A DNA stretch of 64,000 bases, from assembly GCA_965215265.1 (NCBI GenBank), contig OZ244048.1, positions 1,344,001 through 1,408,000 of the forward strand. The letters are read 5' to 3'. This document shows, one piece after another, positions 9,805-19,678 of the stretch; the first letter of the stretch is position 1; every line of letters begins with the position of its first letter. The position numbers and the translations under genes are program-made. Below the pieces are notes generated by a model. It was not told the origin of the DNA. It saw only the letters and a list, made by a program, of their open reading frames with translations, and ran no database searches. Origin of the DNA: Candidatus Poribacteria bacterium (lineage in GTDB: Bacteria; Poribacteria; WGA-4E; WGA-3G).

Positions 9805-10755
9805 TCATAGCGGTGAATCTTCACGCTGTAGATTTAGCCATTCCATTTCCGAATCGGTGAGGTGCAGTGCTAATGCATCGACGGAAGAACGCATCTCGTC
9901 CAAGTCTGCCGGCCCAATGATCGGGAAGATCGGGAACGGCAGCTGTACGACGTACGCAAGTGAAACCTGAATAGCGGATGAGTTGTATTTTTTCGCCAGT
10001 TTAGTGGCGCGGGCGAGCCTCTCAAAATTATCTGTGTTGTAATACACACGCACCATATCCCGGTTATCTCGTTTCTCTGGTGTCCACGCACCGCCGAAAA
10101 AACCTCTCGCTTGCGAAGACCACGGCATCAATGGAAATTGGTTTTCCTGATGCCAACTCCGTCCTGCTTCATCAACGCATACGCAACCGCCCCACATCGG
10201 CTCCATCGGGACAGCGAGACTAATGTTATTGCTACAAGAGACAAAACCGTGCAACCCGTTGGCAGACGCGTAGCTGTTGGCGGCGGTAATCCGTTCTGGA
10301 TGCCAATTGGAGGCCGATATCGCACGAATCCGGCCCGCACTCATTTCATGATTCAGATAGTCGATAATCGTGCTAACCGGTATGACCGGGTCATCGCGAT
10401 GCAGCATATAGAGATCTATATACGAGGTACGTAGCCGGATGAGGCTTTCGTCCAAGTCGCGTTTTAGCTCTTCCGGTGACAATCTCGGACGAGGAACTCT
10501 GCCGTTTGGATGCCCGCCTTTATCTATGAGGAAAACGGCATCGCGGTTCTGTCGTTGTTGCATCCACAAACCGATTAACATTTCACTGCTGCCCCCACCG
10601 TAACCGTGTGCCGTGTCAAGCGCGTTCCCACCCGCATCACAGAACGCGTCCAGCAGGCGAGTACTATGTTCATATTGCACTGGCGACAGCATCATCGTCC
10701 CCAGAATTAACTGTGAAATCTCTTTGCTAACCCCAGGAATTTTTATCTGATTCAT
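9805..10755 (-). CDS. Aldo/keto reductase
   Basis: LILGT, DTAHGYG, SLIRLRTSYIDLYMLHRDD, PWSSQARG, PIIGP. Confidence 0.93.
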   Translation of the reverse strand: MNQIKIPGVSKEISQLILGTMMLSPVQYEHSTRLLDAFCDAGGNALDTAHGYGGGSSEMLIGLWMQQRQNRDAVFLIDKGGHPNGRVPRPRLSPEELKRDLDESLIRLRTSYIDLYMLHRDDPVIPVSTIIDYLNHEMSAGRIRAISASNWHPERITAANSYASANGLHGFVSCSNNISLAVPMEPMWGGCVCVDEAGRSWHQENQFPLMPWSSQARGFFGGAWTPEKRDNRDMVRVYYNTDNFERLARATKLAKKYNSSAIQVSLAYVVQLPFPIFPIIGPADLDEMRSSVDALALHLTDSEMEWLNLQREDSPL

Positions 10756-11160
10756 TGATTCTCCTAATTCTCACCAAATCTGTTTCCTCATATTATAGCA
10801 TACTTTATCTATAAAATGGAAAGAGAAACAGCGGCATTTTAAAGTATATAACGTTGTATCTTATCTGAATCTCGCAAAATATATCAAGCATTCTAAAAAT
10901 AAAACTAAATACGCCCAATAAATCCGCTAACTCACTTACCCCAATTTTCTAGGGAAGTGTTGTGTGATGAGGTATTTCCTTGAAACTGTGTGGTGTGAGT
11001 TATCAGAATCCGGATTTGCAGGATTTTCAGGAGAAGCGGTTTTTCGTGCAGTCGGCGAGTTCCCAGAAAAGTTTATGCATGGCTCCGCCTGATCAAGCAC
11101 CCCGACGCGATGTGTGACACGTGGGCGTTCTGGTCTGCTTTTTAGCAGGGCTCTTACCTC

Positions 11161-11241
11161 AAGGAGATACCGCTTTGGCGGGTGACTGACAAGGTTTCTA
11201 GGACAGATACGCCGCCATCGCCTCTACCAGCGCAACTCACC
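11161..11241. repeat. Dispersed ~80-bp intergenic repeat, copy 2
   Basis: Matches 4196-4273 in the same orientation. Confidence 0.75.
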
Positions 11242-11482
11242 AAGTGAGAAGATAAATCAGGCAGAGAAATCGGTATCGCCTCAAACAGAAAGAGATGTAA
11301 TAGCATTCGGCACACGGCCTACTCACCATCACACCTCTGCTTTTATCTTTCGCATATCTCACACTGCATAATACGCAAACCCCTATGCCCCTTGTCAGGC
11401 GGTATAATAACGGTAGGGTTCCTACCTGACACTACCAACCCGAGCGGACCGGGGTCTGCCATGGTGTTCCGTGCGTGCCGTC

Positions 11483-12631
11483 CTATAGTTCTAACGCCTG
11501 TAGGAATGCTTCAAAACTGTCGGCTTTGACGGCTGTCAGCAGCAGCTGCTCGAGGTGTTCGAGGTTAGAAAGGGTTTCGAGTTGCTGCGTGGCAGTGTGT
11601 ATGTCACAATGAGGGAATCGCGCATTGAGGACGGCGGTTATATTTTTGATAGCATTCTGGCACGCCCCTCGCTCAATCCCTTCTTCTCTCCCTTGTTCTC
11701 TCCCTTGTTCTCTCCCTTGTTCTATGCCTCGTTCTATGCCTTGTTCTATGCCTCGTTCTATGCCTTGTGCTATGCCTCGTTCGAAGAGGAATTCGGCCAT
11801 TGTCTCTGCCATCGGTGCTACCTCCATGTCACTCGTATGCCGGTCTATCAACTCTATCAACTCTTCTTGTTCTTCCTTTGAACGCTGATGCTGAATCAGC
11901 AACACCAGATACATTATCGCTTCCCTACGCTGCCCGGAATCGACTGCATCAAGCGTCTCCAGCTGCGTCAAAGTCTCTCGTAACGCGCGGCTTATAGACG
12001 CTTTGTCCGAATCTTTTTGTTGAAGCACTCTCATCAGCCACCCGAATGGATGCGCCGCCTCTGTCAGCGTCGCCTTGTCTGTGCCTTTCAGATTCAGAAA
12101 CAGGATGTCAAATCTCGGAACGAATCTAGAGAGCGCCGCGGGCAAATTCATCATCGCCTCAAGTGTCAGTGGCTTCTCCCACCGCCGCTCCCCTGTGTAA
12201 AACACCACGGGCAAAATCGGCGGCAATACACGCTCACTTCTCGGCACCTTCTCTGCCGCCCACCGCCGCCGCTCTGCGTCCCAAATTAGCATCATGTAGA
12301 AAAGCACACGAAACCCCATCGTCGCATCTACCGTCGATTGATGTTCAATCAGCAGATAGATGAGCAGCTCTGCCGCACCCTCATCACCATCACTTTTGAA
12401 GGGCACCCGATATACAATGTCTGCCTCTTGTTCTCGGAGAGTGGCGGGCAGCAGACTCCTATTCATTGGAACCAGCTGCTCAAAGTCAATCAACGCGGCG
12501 AGTTCTGCCGCAACGAGTTCTAACAAGCCCCGGACGTTTTCCTTGTTTTCTAATAAGCGGCGTATACTCCGATCGGAAAAGTTCGCAACAGACATCTCGG
12601 ACAAAAAGTCGTGGATGTCCTTCTTCTGCAT
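11483..12631 (-). CDS. Rpn/YhgA-like recombination-promoting nuclease (PD-(D/E)XK, transposase_31 family)
   Basis: EADIVY, YLLIEHQSTVD..MGFR, LPPILPVVFYTG..W motifs; GIEQG/GREQG C-terminal repeats. Confidence 0.9.
   Translation of the reverse strand: MQKKDIHDFLSEMSVANFSDRSIRRLLENKENVRGLLELVAAELAALIDFEQLVPMNRSLLPATLREQEADIVYRVPFKSDGDEGAAELLIYLLIEHQSTVDATMGFRVLFYMMLIWDAERRRWAAEKVPRSERVLPPILPVVFYTGERRWEKPLTLEAMMNLPAALSRFVPRFDILFLNLKGTDKATLTEAAHPFGWLMRVLQQKDSDKASISRALRETLTQLETLDAVDSGQRREAIMYLVLLIQHQRSKEEQEELIELIDRHTSDMEVAPMAETMAEFLFERGIAQGIERGIEQGIERGIEQGREQGREQGREEGIERGACQNAIKNITAVLNARFPHCDIHTATQQLETLSNLEHLEQLLLTAVKADSFEAFLQALEL
11664..11783 (-). repeat. 12-bp coding tandem repeat (GIEQ/GIER/GREQ, about 10 units)
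   Basis: ccttgttctatg / ccttgttctctc units. Confidence 0.9.
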
Positions 12632-12873
12632 ATTAGACTCCTAAAACGTGGCAGTTGTCAAGTGCTTCCCTTCTTAAAACGGCTACGTCTTTATAATAAC
12701 ACATCAGGGAATCATTGTCAAGCAGAGATAAATCCTCACTTACCGCCATTTTTTAAAGAATCTAAAAAGGGCGTAAATGAGAATCCGCTAACCATTGCAG
12801 AAAAACGGATGTCATGCTATAATAGAAAATAGAATTCAACGAGGCATGCTCCTATTACTAACAGAGAGAGGAA

Positions 12874-13962
12874 ATGATAAAAGCGAAACCCGGTATTGAC
12901 ACCATTCAGCCGTACCAAGCAGGTAAACCGATTCAAGAAGTACAGTGCGAATTGGGCATCACCGATATTATCAAACTCGCCTCCAATGAGAATCCGCTTG
13001 GACCCTCACCGCTGGCGATGCAAGCAATCGCCGGCAGTGCCGCACAGGTACATCTCTATCCGGATGGAAACGCCTATTACCTCAAAGCAGCCCTGGCAGA
13101 ACACCTCGGTACCTCCGCAGAACATCTCATTTTGGGCAACGGCTCCAATGACGTGCTGCAGCTAGTCGGCGAGACATATCTCGTACCCGGCGATGAGGTT
13201 ATCTACGCAGCCGGGGCTTTTGTTGTCTATAGCCTGGTAACCACAATTTGTGGGGCAAAGCCTCTCATTATACGCATGCATAATAACACGCACGACTTGG
13301 ATGCCATGGCCGCAGCGATTACGCCCAGAACAAAACTCATCTTTATTGCAAACCCAAATAATCCTACAGGCACTATGGTTACAGCATCCGAGACAACCCG
13401 CTTTATGGAACAGGTGCCGGACCACGTGCTCGTTGTTTTCGACGAGGCGTATTATGAATACGTCACCCGGCATGACTATCCCCAGACGTTTCCTTACGTC
13501 CTAGCCGGACGTAATCTCATCATCACCCGCACCTTCTCCAAAATCTACGGACTCGCCGGGCTACGTATCGGTTATGGCATCGCACCGCCTCATATAGTCG
13601 AAATGCTAAATCGCGTCCGGCAACCCTTCAACTGCAACTCGGTCGGACAAGCAGCCGCGTGCGCTGCACTCAAAGATATCGCACACGTACAAAAAAGCCA
13701 ACAGTGCAACGATGCAGGCAAAAACTTTCTATACCAAGCACTGGACGATATCGGATTGCAATACATCAAAACCTATGGAAACTTTATTATGGTGTTTCTC
13801 ACAACTCCGTCAGGAGCAGACATCGCCGCGACGCTTATGAGAAAGGGGGTTATCGTACGGCCGATGGCAGGCTACGGTTATCCAGACGCTATCCGCGTCA
13901 CCATCGGCACACAGCAGCAGAATGAGCGGTTCATCGCCTGCTTAACTGAGGCCATCGCCTAA
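12874..13962 (+). CDS. hisC: Histidinol-phosphate aminotransferase
   Basis: KLASNENPLG, NPNNPTG, DEAY, RTFSKIYGLAGLRIGY. Confidence 0.95.
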   Translation: MIKAKPGIDTIQPYQAGKPIQEVQCELGITDIIKLASNENPLGPSPLAMQAIAGSAAQVHLYPDGNAYYLKAALAEHLGTSAEHLILGNGSNDVLQLVGETYLVPGDEVIYAAGAFVVYSLVTTICGAKPLIIRMHNNTHDLDAMAAAITPRTKLIFIANPNNPTGTMVTASETTRFMEQVPDHVLVVFDEAYYEYVTRHDYPQTFPYVLAGRNLIITRTFSKIYGLAGLRIGYGIAPPHIVEMLNRVRQPFNCNSVGQAAACAALKDIAHVQKSQQCNDAGKNFLYQALDDIGLQYIKTYGNFIMVFLTTPSGADIAATLMRKGVIVRPMAGYGYPDAIRVTIGTQQQNERFIACLTEAIA

Positions 13963-14026
13963 CCGGCTGTTTTTACCATCACCGGTACCCGAAATTCCTG
14001 ACGCACCCTGTTATGGAACCAAAAAG

Positions 14027-15142
14027 ATGAAACAACTGATACAACTTAACAATAGACGAACCACGCGAAAAATCGCAGTCGGCGACATTCCCATCGGCGG
14101 CGGCAGCCCCATCTCAATACAGACGATGACGACCACTTTAACACACGACATTGACGCGACTCTAGCACAGGTAGAACGCTGCGCTGACGCAGGCGCACAG
14201 ATTGTACGTGTCGCCGTCCCTGAAGAGAAGGACGCGAAGGCACTCCCCGCACTTGTCAAACGTGCACCCGTGCCTATTGTGTCGGATATCCATTTCAACT
14301 ACCGATACGCACTCGCTGCTGTTGATGCCGGTGTCGCCAAAGTACGAATTAATCCCGGCAACATCGGCAGTGAAGAACGCATCGAGCAGGTGTTATCCGC
14401 CGCGAAGGCAGCCAATATACCGATTCGCATCGGTGTCAACGAAGGCTCGCTTGAAAAAGAGGTATTGGAGAAATACCCCTCTCCAACCGCAGAAGCACTC
14501 GTGGAAAGCGCGATGCGCCACATCAATATCTGTGAAGCGCATGATTTTACGGACATCGCTATATCAGTGAAATCGAGTGACCCGCTGCGCATGATAGAAG
14601 CCAACCGGTTGCTTTCAGCGAAAGTCGCCTACCCGTTGCACCTCGGCGTAACCGAGGCCGGCACACCGCGACGCGCGCACGTCAAATCCACGCTCGGCAT
14701 CGGCACGCTCCTTTTGGACGGCATTGGCGACACAATCCGCATCTCTATTACCGGAGACCCGGTCGAGGAGGTACTCACAGCTAAAGAACTGCTGCGGGCA
14801 CTCGGCATGGCTGAAGATATGCTGGATGTCGTGTCTTGCCCATTCTGTGGCCGCGGAGACGCTGACGCAGATTACGAAAACATCGTCGCTACGGCAGAGG
14901 AACTTTTGGAAAAACACGGTATAAAAATTCCAGTCGCCGTCATGGGATGTGAAGTCAACGGACCCGGCGAGACACGCAATGCCGAAGTCGGAATCCACCT
15001 AGGCGGTAAGGAACTCGCCGTGCTAAAGGTCCGGGGACAACGCGTACGAACCTTCCGCGGTAGAGAACAGGTTAACCCGCAATTTTTGGCGAATGCGTTA
15101 CTGGAAGCCGCACAGCAGCTGCAGGCAAAACAGAGCCTATGA
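14027..15142 (+). CDS. ispG: HMBPP synthase (MEP pathway)
   Basis: IQTMTTT, DIHF, RINPGNIG, RIGVN, PLHLGVTEAG, CPFCGR, VMGCEVNGPGE. Confidence 0.96.
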   Translation: MKQLIQLNNRRTTRKIAVGDIPIGGGSPISIQTMTTTLTHDIDATLAQVERCADAGAQIVRVAVPEEKDAKALPALVKRAPVPIVSDIHFNYRYALAAVDAGVAKVRINPGNIGSEERIEQVLSAAKAANIPIRIGVNEGSLEKEVLEKYPSPTAEALVESAMRHINICEAHDFTDIAISVKSSDPLRMIEANRLLSAKVAYPLHLGVTEAGTPRRAHVKSTLGIGTLLLDGIGDTIRISITGDPVEEVLTAKELLRALGMAEDMLDVVSCPFCGRGDADADYENIVATAEELLEKHGIKIPVAVMGCEVNGPGETRNAEVGIHLGGKELAVLKVRGQRVRTFRGREQVNPQFLANALLEAAQQLQAKQSL

Positions 15143-15328
15143 AAATGAATATTTGCCTCATTCCGCAACGACAACTGCTTTGAAGTACTCTCGCAGGGTA
15201 AAACGCCTTGTTACCGTTGATTAAACTTGACGCTGACTCGCCCATCGAAACACGAAATTCACGAAAAACAGTCAGCTTTAACCAAAGTGCCTCACCACGC
15301 CAGTGAAGGAAAAACCGAAAATAAAAAG

Positions 15329-16816
15329 ATGCCTCTCTTTCAAAAAGCGATTAAATCCATTGCAATCCAGACTGCGGCCTTAGCGCTCTTTTTCTTACTA
15401 TATCATAAATTCTTGCACTACGCGATGCGTGAGGCATCTATTAACCTCGGCGCAGTCAAATTTAATAGCCACTTTGTACCTCTATACGCTGAGCCGAGAC
15501 TCGACCTCAGTTGGTGGCTGCTGCCCGCACTGTTCGTCTGCGGCGGGTTCCTCTATCTCTGCTATAGATATTTCATAAACCGTGCGTGGGAACCTGTTCG
15601 CATCATCGCCATCGCCATCGTCTGCTTCACGGCTATTCATATCACCGTCGCACAGATTGATGGGTATAACGAACTTCCTGAAGAGCAGGGACGGATATTG
15701 GCGTTTTTGGAGCCCTATACCCGCACTTCTCTCGAGTACTACGGAGATGTACCGCGGCTTAATGAAATGGGACTCCGCGCCTTTTTAAGAGATTACAGCC
15801 ATCCGGAACTGTTCAATACCCTCTCCGGCCACACTCGGACGCATCCCCCAGGCGGGGTGGTTTTCTTATGGGGTGTGAGCAAAATTTTCGGGTACAATCT
15901 CCTCTCGGCATCGTTGGCATCCGTCCTCTTTACCGCTCTCACGGTGATACCTATTTACCGGCTTAGCACGCACCTTTACGATGAAAAGATTGCACGCTAT
16001 GCACTCGTGCTTTTCCTAATCACTCCCAATTTCGTGATGTTTACCGGAACGTCCATGGACGGCCCCTTCAGCGTTTTCCCTATCTTCAGCGTGTATCTGT
16101 TTTATGAAGCACTCTCGCGCTTTTCTTCCGCAGAAGTGCAGCCATCACGTTTCCACAAGGCACATCTCTATAGCCTCTTAACAGGGCTTTCATTGGCGTT
16201 TGGCATGTTCATGAGCTATTCAACCGTGGTAATCGGCATCTTTCTATCCGTCTTGCTACTCCTCTCTCTCTGTTGTTCTCGTGAACACACTTCCTTTAGG
16301 ACGCATGTGAAGGTGCTTTTATTCGCAGGCATCGCCTTCATCGGCTTTTACCTTCTGCTCTTCCTGCTCACAGGATTCCGGCCGGTCGAGGCACTCTGGG
16401 CAGCTATTAAAAAAGATGAGGCAGGCATGGGAACCGGGTATGAAACTGTTGAACGCTATTTCCACCTGAGCTTTGCGAATCTCTTCGCCTTTCTCATCGG
16501 GGTAGGAATTCCCATAACAACTGTCTGGATTCGGCAGCTGGTACGCACGCTCCGCCCCGCAATTCGTCACAGACGGATAGATGCTACACCAGACACAAAT
16601 TTTGTCATCGGCTACCTCATTACCCTGCTCTTTTTCACATTTTCAACGTTGTTTACCATGGAGGTCGAACGCATCTGGATGTTCATGGTCCCGTTTCTCA
16701 TTATTCCTGTCGCGAAATACTTGACAGAACAGCCACGCTCCGATTTTTATGCCGTCTCTGCGATGCTCGCCGTCCAACTCATCCTCTCGGAGGTCTTCCT
16801 CTATACATATTGGTAG
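15329..16816 (+). CDS. Polytopic membrane glycosyltransferase (GT-C, ArnT/PMT-like)
   Basis: THPPG motif, many TM helices, EVERIW; ATG at 15329 preferred over TTG at 15227. Confidence 0.7.
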   Translation: MPLFQKAIKSIAIQTAALALFFLLYHKFLHYAMREASINLGAVKFNSHFVPLYAEPRLDLSWWLLPALFVCGGFLYLCYRYFINRAWEPVRIIAIAIVCFTAIHITVAQIDGYNELPEEQGRILAFLEPYTRTSLEYYGDVPRLNEMGLRAFLRDYSHPELFNTLSGHTRTHPPGGVVFLWGVSKIFGYNLLSASLASVLFTALTVIPIYRLSTHLYDEKIARYALVLFLITPNFVMFTGTSMDGPFSVFPIFSVYLFYEALSRFSSAEVQPSRFHKAHLYSLLTGLSLAFGMFMSYSTVVIGIFLSVLLLLSLCCSREHTSFRTHVKVLLFAGIAFIGFYLLLFLLTGFRPVEALWAAIKKDEAGMGTGYETVERYFHLSFANLFAFLIGVGIPITTVWIRQLVRTLRPAIRHRRIDATPDTNFVIGYLITLLFFTFSTLFTMEVERIWMFMVPFLIIPVAKYLTEQPRSDFYAVSAMLAVQLILSEVFLYTYW

Positions 16817-16854
16817 ACATGTCAAACACAGTTCTATTCATAAGGAGAAATTCA

Positions 16855-19626
16855 ATGCCGAAAAAACCTATTGAGCATTATGCACACCCTGATAAACTGA
16901 CGAACAACCCGACCCAAGAACTCAGCGGCTTTGCCGAACCAGAAGAACACGCACCGACGCGCTACCCACGCGATATCGCACTGGATCCGCAACTCGTCTG
17001 GAAAGGCAAAGAACAGCAGAACAACACCGACCTCGAAGTAACGGCTCCACCTATCTACACTCAAGAGCATATCCAACCTCAAGCCATCATCGAAATACTA
17101 CGCACGCAACAACAGCAGAAGGACGCACCTCAAACCGAAATGCTCTTCGAAGGGTTCAACGAGCTCGATTTTAACCAACGGATTGAGTTCTACCAACACG
17201 AACAGAACTGGCATAACCGCTTCATCCTAGGCGATTCGCTCGTCGTCATGAACTCGCTCGCCGAAAAAGAGCAGCTCAGAAACGCAGTGCAGATGATCTA
17301 CTTTGATCCGCCATACGGAATTAAATTCAAAAGCAATTGGCAAGTCAGCACCCGAAGGCGAGATGTCGGCGATACGAAGCCGGAAGACGTGACACCCCAA
17401 CCGGAACAGGTTAAAGCCTATCGCGATACCTGGGAACTCGGGATCCACTCATACCTCGCCTATCTCCGCGACCGGCTGACTGTCGCGCACGAACTACTGA
17501 CGGATAGCGGCAGCATCTTCGTACAGATTAGCGATGAGAATGTGCATCTCGTCCGATGCCTGCTTGACGAAGTGTTCGGCAGTGAAAACTTCGTTAACAC
17601 GATTACATGGACTCGTGCCGGTATGACTTCTTCTAAGTTATTAGCTTCAGTCTCTGATTACCTTTTGTGGTACGCAAAAGATAAACCACGGATCAAATAT
17701 AATAAACTTTGGGTTGAATGGAATGAACGGACTCCGGATCCGCTCCTTAAGTCCTATACGCAAGTTGAATTAGAGGATGGAACCCGGCGAAGTATGACCC
17801 GAGAGGAGAGAAAAAATCCCGCATTGTTACCTAAAGGGTCTCGGCGATTTCTAGAAATCTTGGCATCATCACAGACGGGTAGTGGTGCTACATACAAATA
17901 TAATTTTGAAGGACATGATTTTATACCAATAGGTAAAAGTCGAGGTTGGCCAACAACTCTTGAGGGCTTAAATCGCCTTGCAAAGCAGAAAAGACTGGTA
18001 GGCAGAAAACGTACTTTGCTGTATATTCGATACGCAACTGATTCATCAGGGCGTGAAAGAACTAACCTCTGGACAGACACCGCCGGGTCAACTCCTGAAA
18101 GAAGGTACGTCGTAGAAACCAATCCCAAGGTTATCCAACGGTGTATTTTGATGACGACAGACCCCGGCGATCTCGTGCTTGATCCGACGTGTGGGAGCGG
18201 CACCACCGCTTATCTCGCAGAGCAGTGGGGCAGACGTTGGATAACGGTAGACACCTCTCGCGTCGCGCTGGCGTTGGCACGAACCCGCCTCATGTCCGCC
18301 AAATATCCGTACTACAAACTTGAAGATGCAGCTGACATCAAGCAGGGATTTGTTTATAAAACCGCACCGTATGTCAGCCTCTCAGACATGGCAAATAACA
18401 CTGAAATTGACGATATTCATGCCAAATATGCAGAGAAACTGGATCCACTGATTAAATACTTAACGTATACAAAGGGGGGGGCAAAGACGCGGAAAGAACC
18501 GGAAGTGTCAGATAAAAGTCCTCAAAAGTTTAAAAACCGTTCGGACAAATCGGACAATAGAAAGACGTGGAAAGAGTGGGAAGTGCCGACAGAAACTGAC
18601 CCGGAATGGGATGCAGAATTTCAGAAGGTGCACCGGCAATGGCTCGAGCTCAGGCGGGAGCGGCAGCGTGAGATGGATGCCTCGACTGCGAGACGTGCAA
18701 AAAACGAAATTCTCATAGATCAGCCGTTCCAAGACAGAAAACGGGTGCGTGTGAGTGGACCCTTCACGGTAGAGAGTTTATCCCCGCATCTTGTGTTTGA
18801 CCCGACTGATGCTGAGCAGGCTCCCCCAATGTCCGTTCCCTCGAAAAGCTCGCAAGATTACCATAAATATATCCTTGAATACCTCAAAACCAGCGGTGTG
18901 CAGAATCGGCTTAAACAACAGCGGATAACCTTTGACTGGGTGGAGGCACGTGCGAGTGAGTGGCTTCATGCTGAGGGCGTATATACGGACGCGAACGGAA
19001 AAACCCAAACTGCTGCGATTAGCATCGGACCACAATACGGGACTGTCGGAAGAGAGTGGATCAACGAAGCCGCCAAAGAAGCCGTCCGCCGGGTACCCAA
19101 GTTCGATCTGCTCATTGTTGCCGGTTTCGCCTTTGAGGGGTATACCGCCGATGAATCCAAACGCCTGGGCAGCTTGACTATTCTTCCTGTTAAGATGAGT
19201 CCAGAATTAATGGTGCCCGAGCTCAAGAACACAGGCCAGGGCAACCTATTCATGGTATTCGGGGAGCCGGACGTGGAGATTGTGACGCATGAAGATGGCA
19301 ACCTCTCTGTAAAACTTTTGGGTGTCGATGTATACGATGCGGTGAAGGGATTAATCCGTTCGGAGACACCAGCCGACATCGCGTGTTGGTTCATTGACAC
19401 TGCTTATAGGGATGAGGCGTTCTTCGTGCGACATGCATACTTTACCGGTGAAGGTGAACCGTATCAGCAGCTGCAGCGTGCACTGAATTCCGAGATTGAC
19501 GAAGTGGCGTGGGAGGCACTCTATCGGACCGAAAGCCTCCCGTTCGCAAAGCCTGCATCTGGCAAAATCGCAGTGAAGGTCATCAACCATTATGGCGACG
19601 AAGTGATGAAGACTTATAACGTATAG
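16855..19626 (+). CDS. Type III R-M DNA methyltransferase (Mod)
   Basis: SD AAGGAG; DPPYG motif IV precedes LDPTCGSGTT motif I (beta class); adjacent Res gene. Confidence 0.93.
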   Translation: MPKKPIEHYAHPDKLTNNPTQELSGFAEPEEHAPTRYPRDIALDPQLVWKGKEQQNNTDLEVTAPPIYTQEHIQPQAIIEILRTQQQQKDAPQTEMLFEGFNELDFNQRIEFYQHEQNWHNRFILGDSLVVMNSLAEKEQLRNAVQMIYFDPPYGIKFKSNWQVSTRRRDVGDTKPEDVTPQPEQVKAYRDTWELGIHSYLAYLRDRLTVAHELLTDSGSIFVQISDENVHLVRCLLDEVFGSENFVNTITWTRAGMTSSKLLASVSDYLLWYAKDKPRIKYNKLWVEWNERTPDPLLKSYTQVELEDGTRRSMTREERKNPALLPKGSRRFLEILASSQTGSGATYKYNFEGHDFIPIGKSRGWPTTLEGLNRLAKQKRLVGRKRTLLYIRYATDSSGRERTNLWTDTAGSTPERRYVVETNPKVIQRCILMTTDPGDLVLDPTCGSGTTAYLAEQWGRRWITVDTSRVALALARTRLMSAKYPYYKLEDAADIKQGFVYKTAPYVSLSDMANNTEIDDIHAKYAEKLDPLIKYLTYTKGGAKTRKEPEVSDKSPQKFKNRSDKSDNRKTWKEWEVPTETDPEWDAEFQKVHRQWLELRRERQREMDASTARRAKNEILIDQPFQDRKRVRVSGPFTVESLSPHLVFDPTDAEQAPPMSVPSKSSQDYHKYILEYLKTSGVQNRLKQQRITFDWVEARASEWLHAEGVYTDANGKTQTAAISIGPQYGTVGREWINEAAKEAVRRVPKFDLLIVAGFAFEGYTADESKRLGSLTILPVKMSPELMVPELKNTGQGNLFMVFGEPDVEIVTHEDGNLSVKLLGVDVYDAVKGLIRSETPADIACWFIDTAYRDEAFFVRHAYFTGEGEPYQQLQRALNSEIDEVAWEALYRTESLPFAKPASGKIAVKVINHYGDEVMKTYNV

Positions 19627-19678
19627 TCGCGCAATATGAATCCGCGGCAGTCCAATCTCTAAAGAGGAAGAGATATAG

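Noticed and set aside
9344-9970. 208-aa plus-strand ORF
   Set aside because: Antisense shadow of the candidate selenoprotein and aldo/keto reductase genes; no recognisable motifs.
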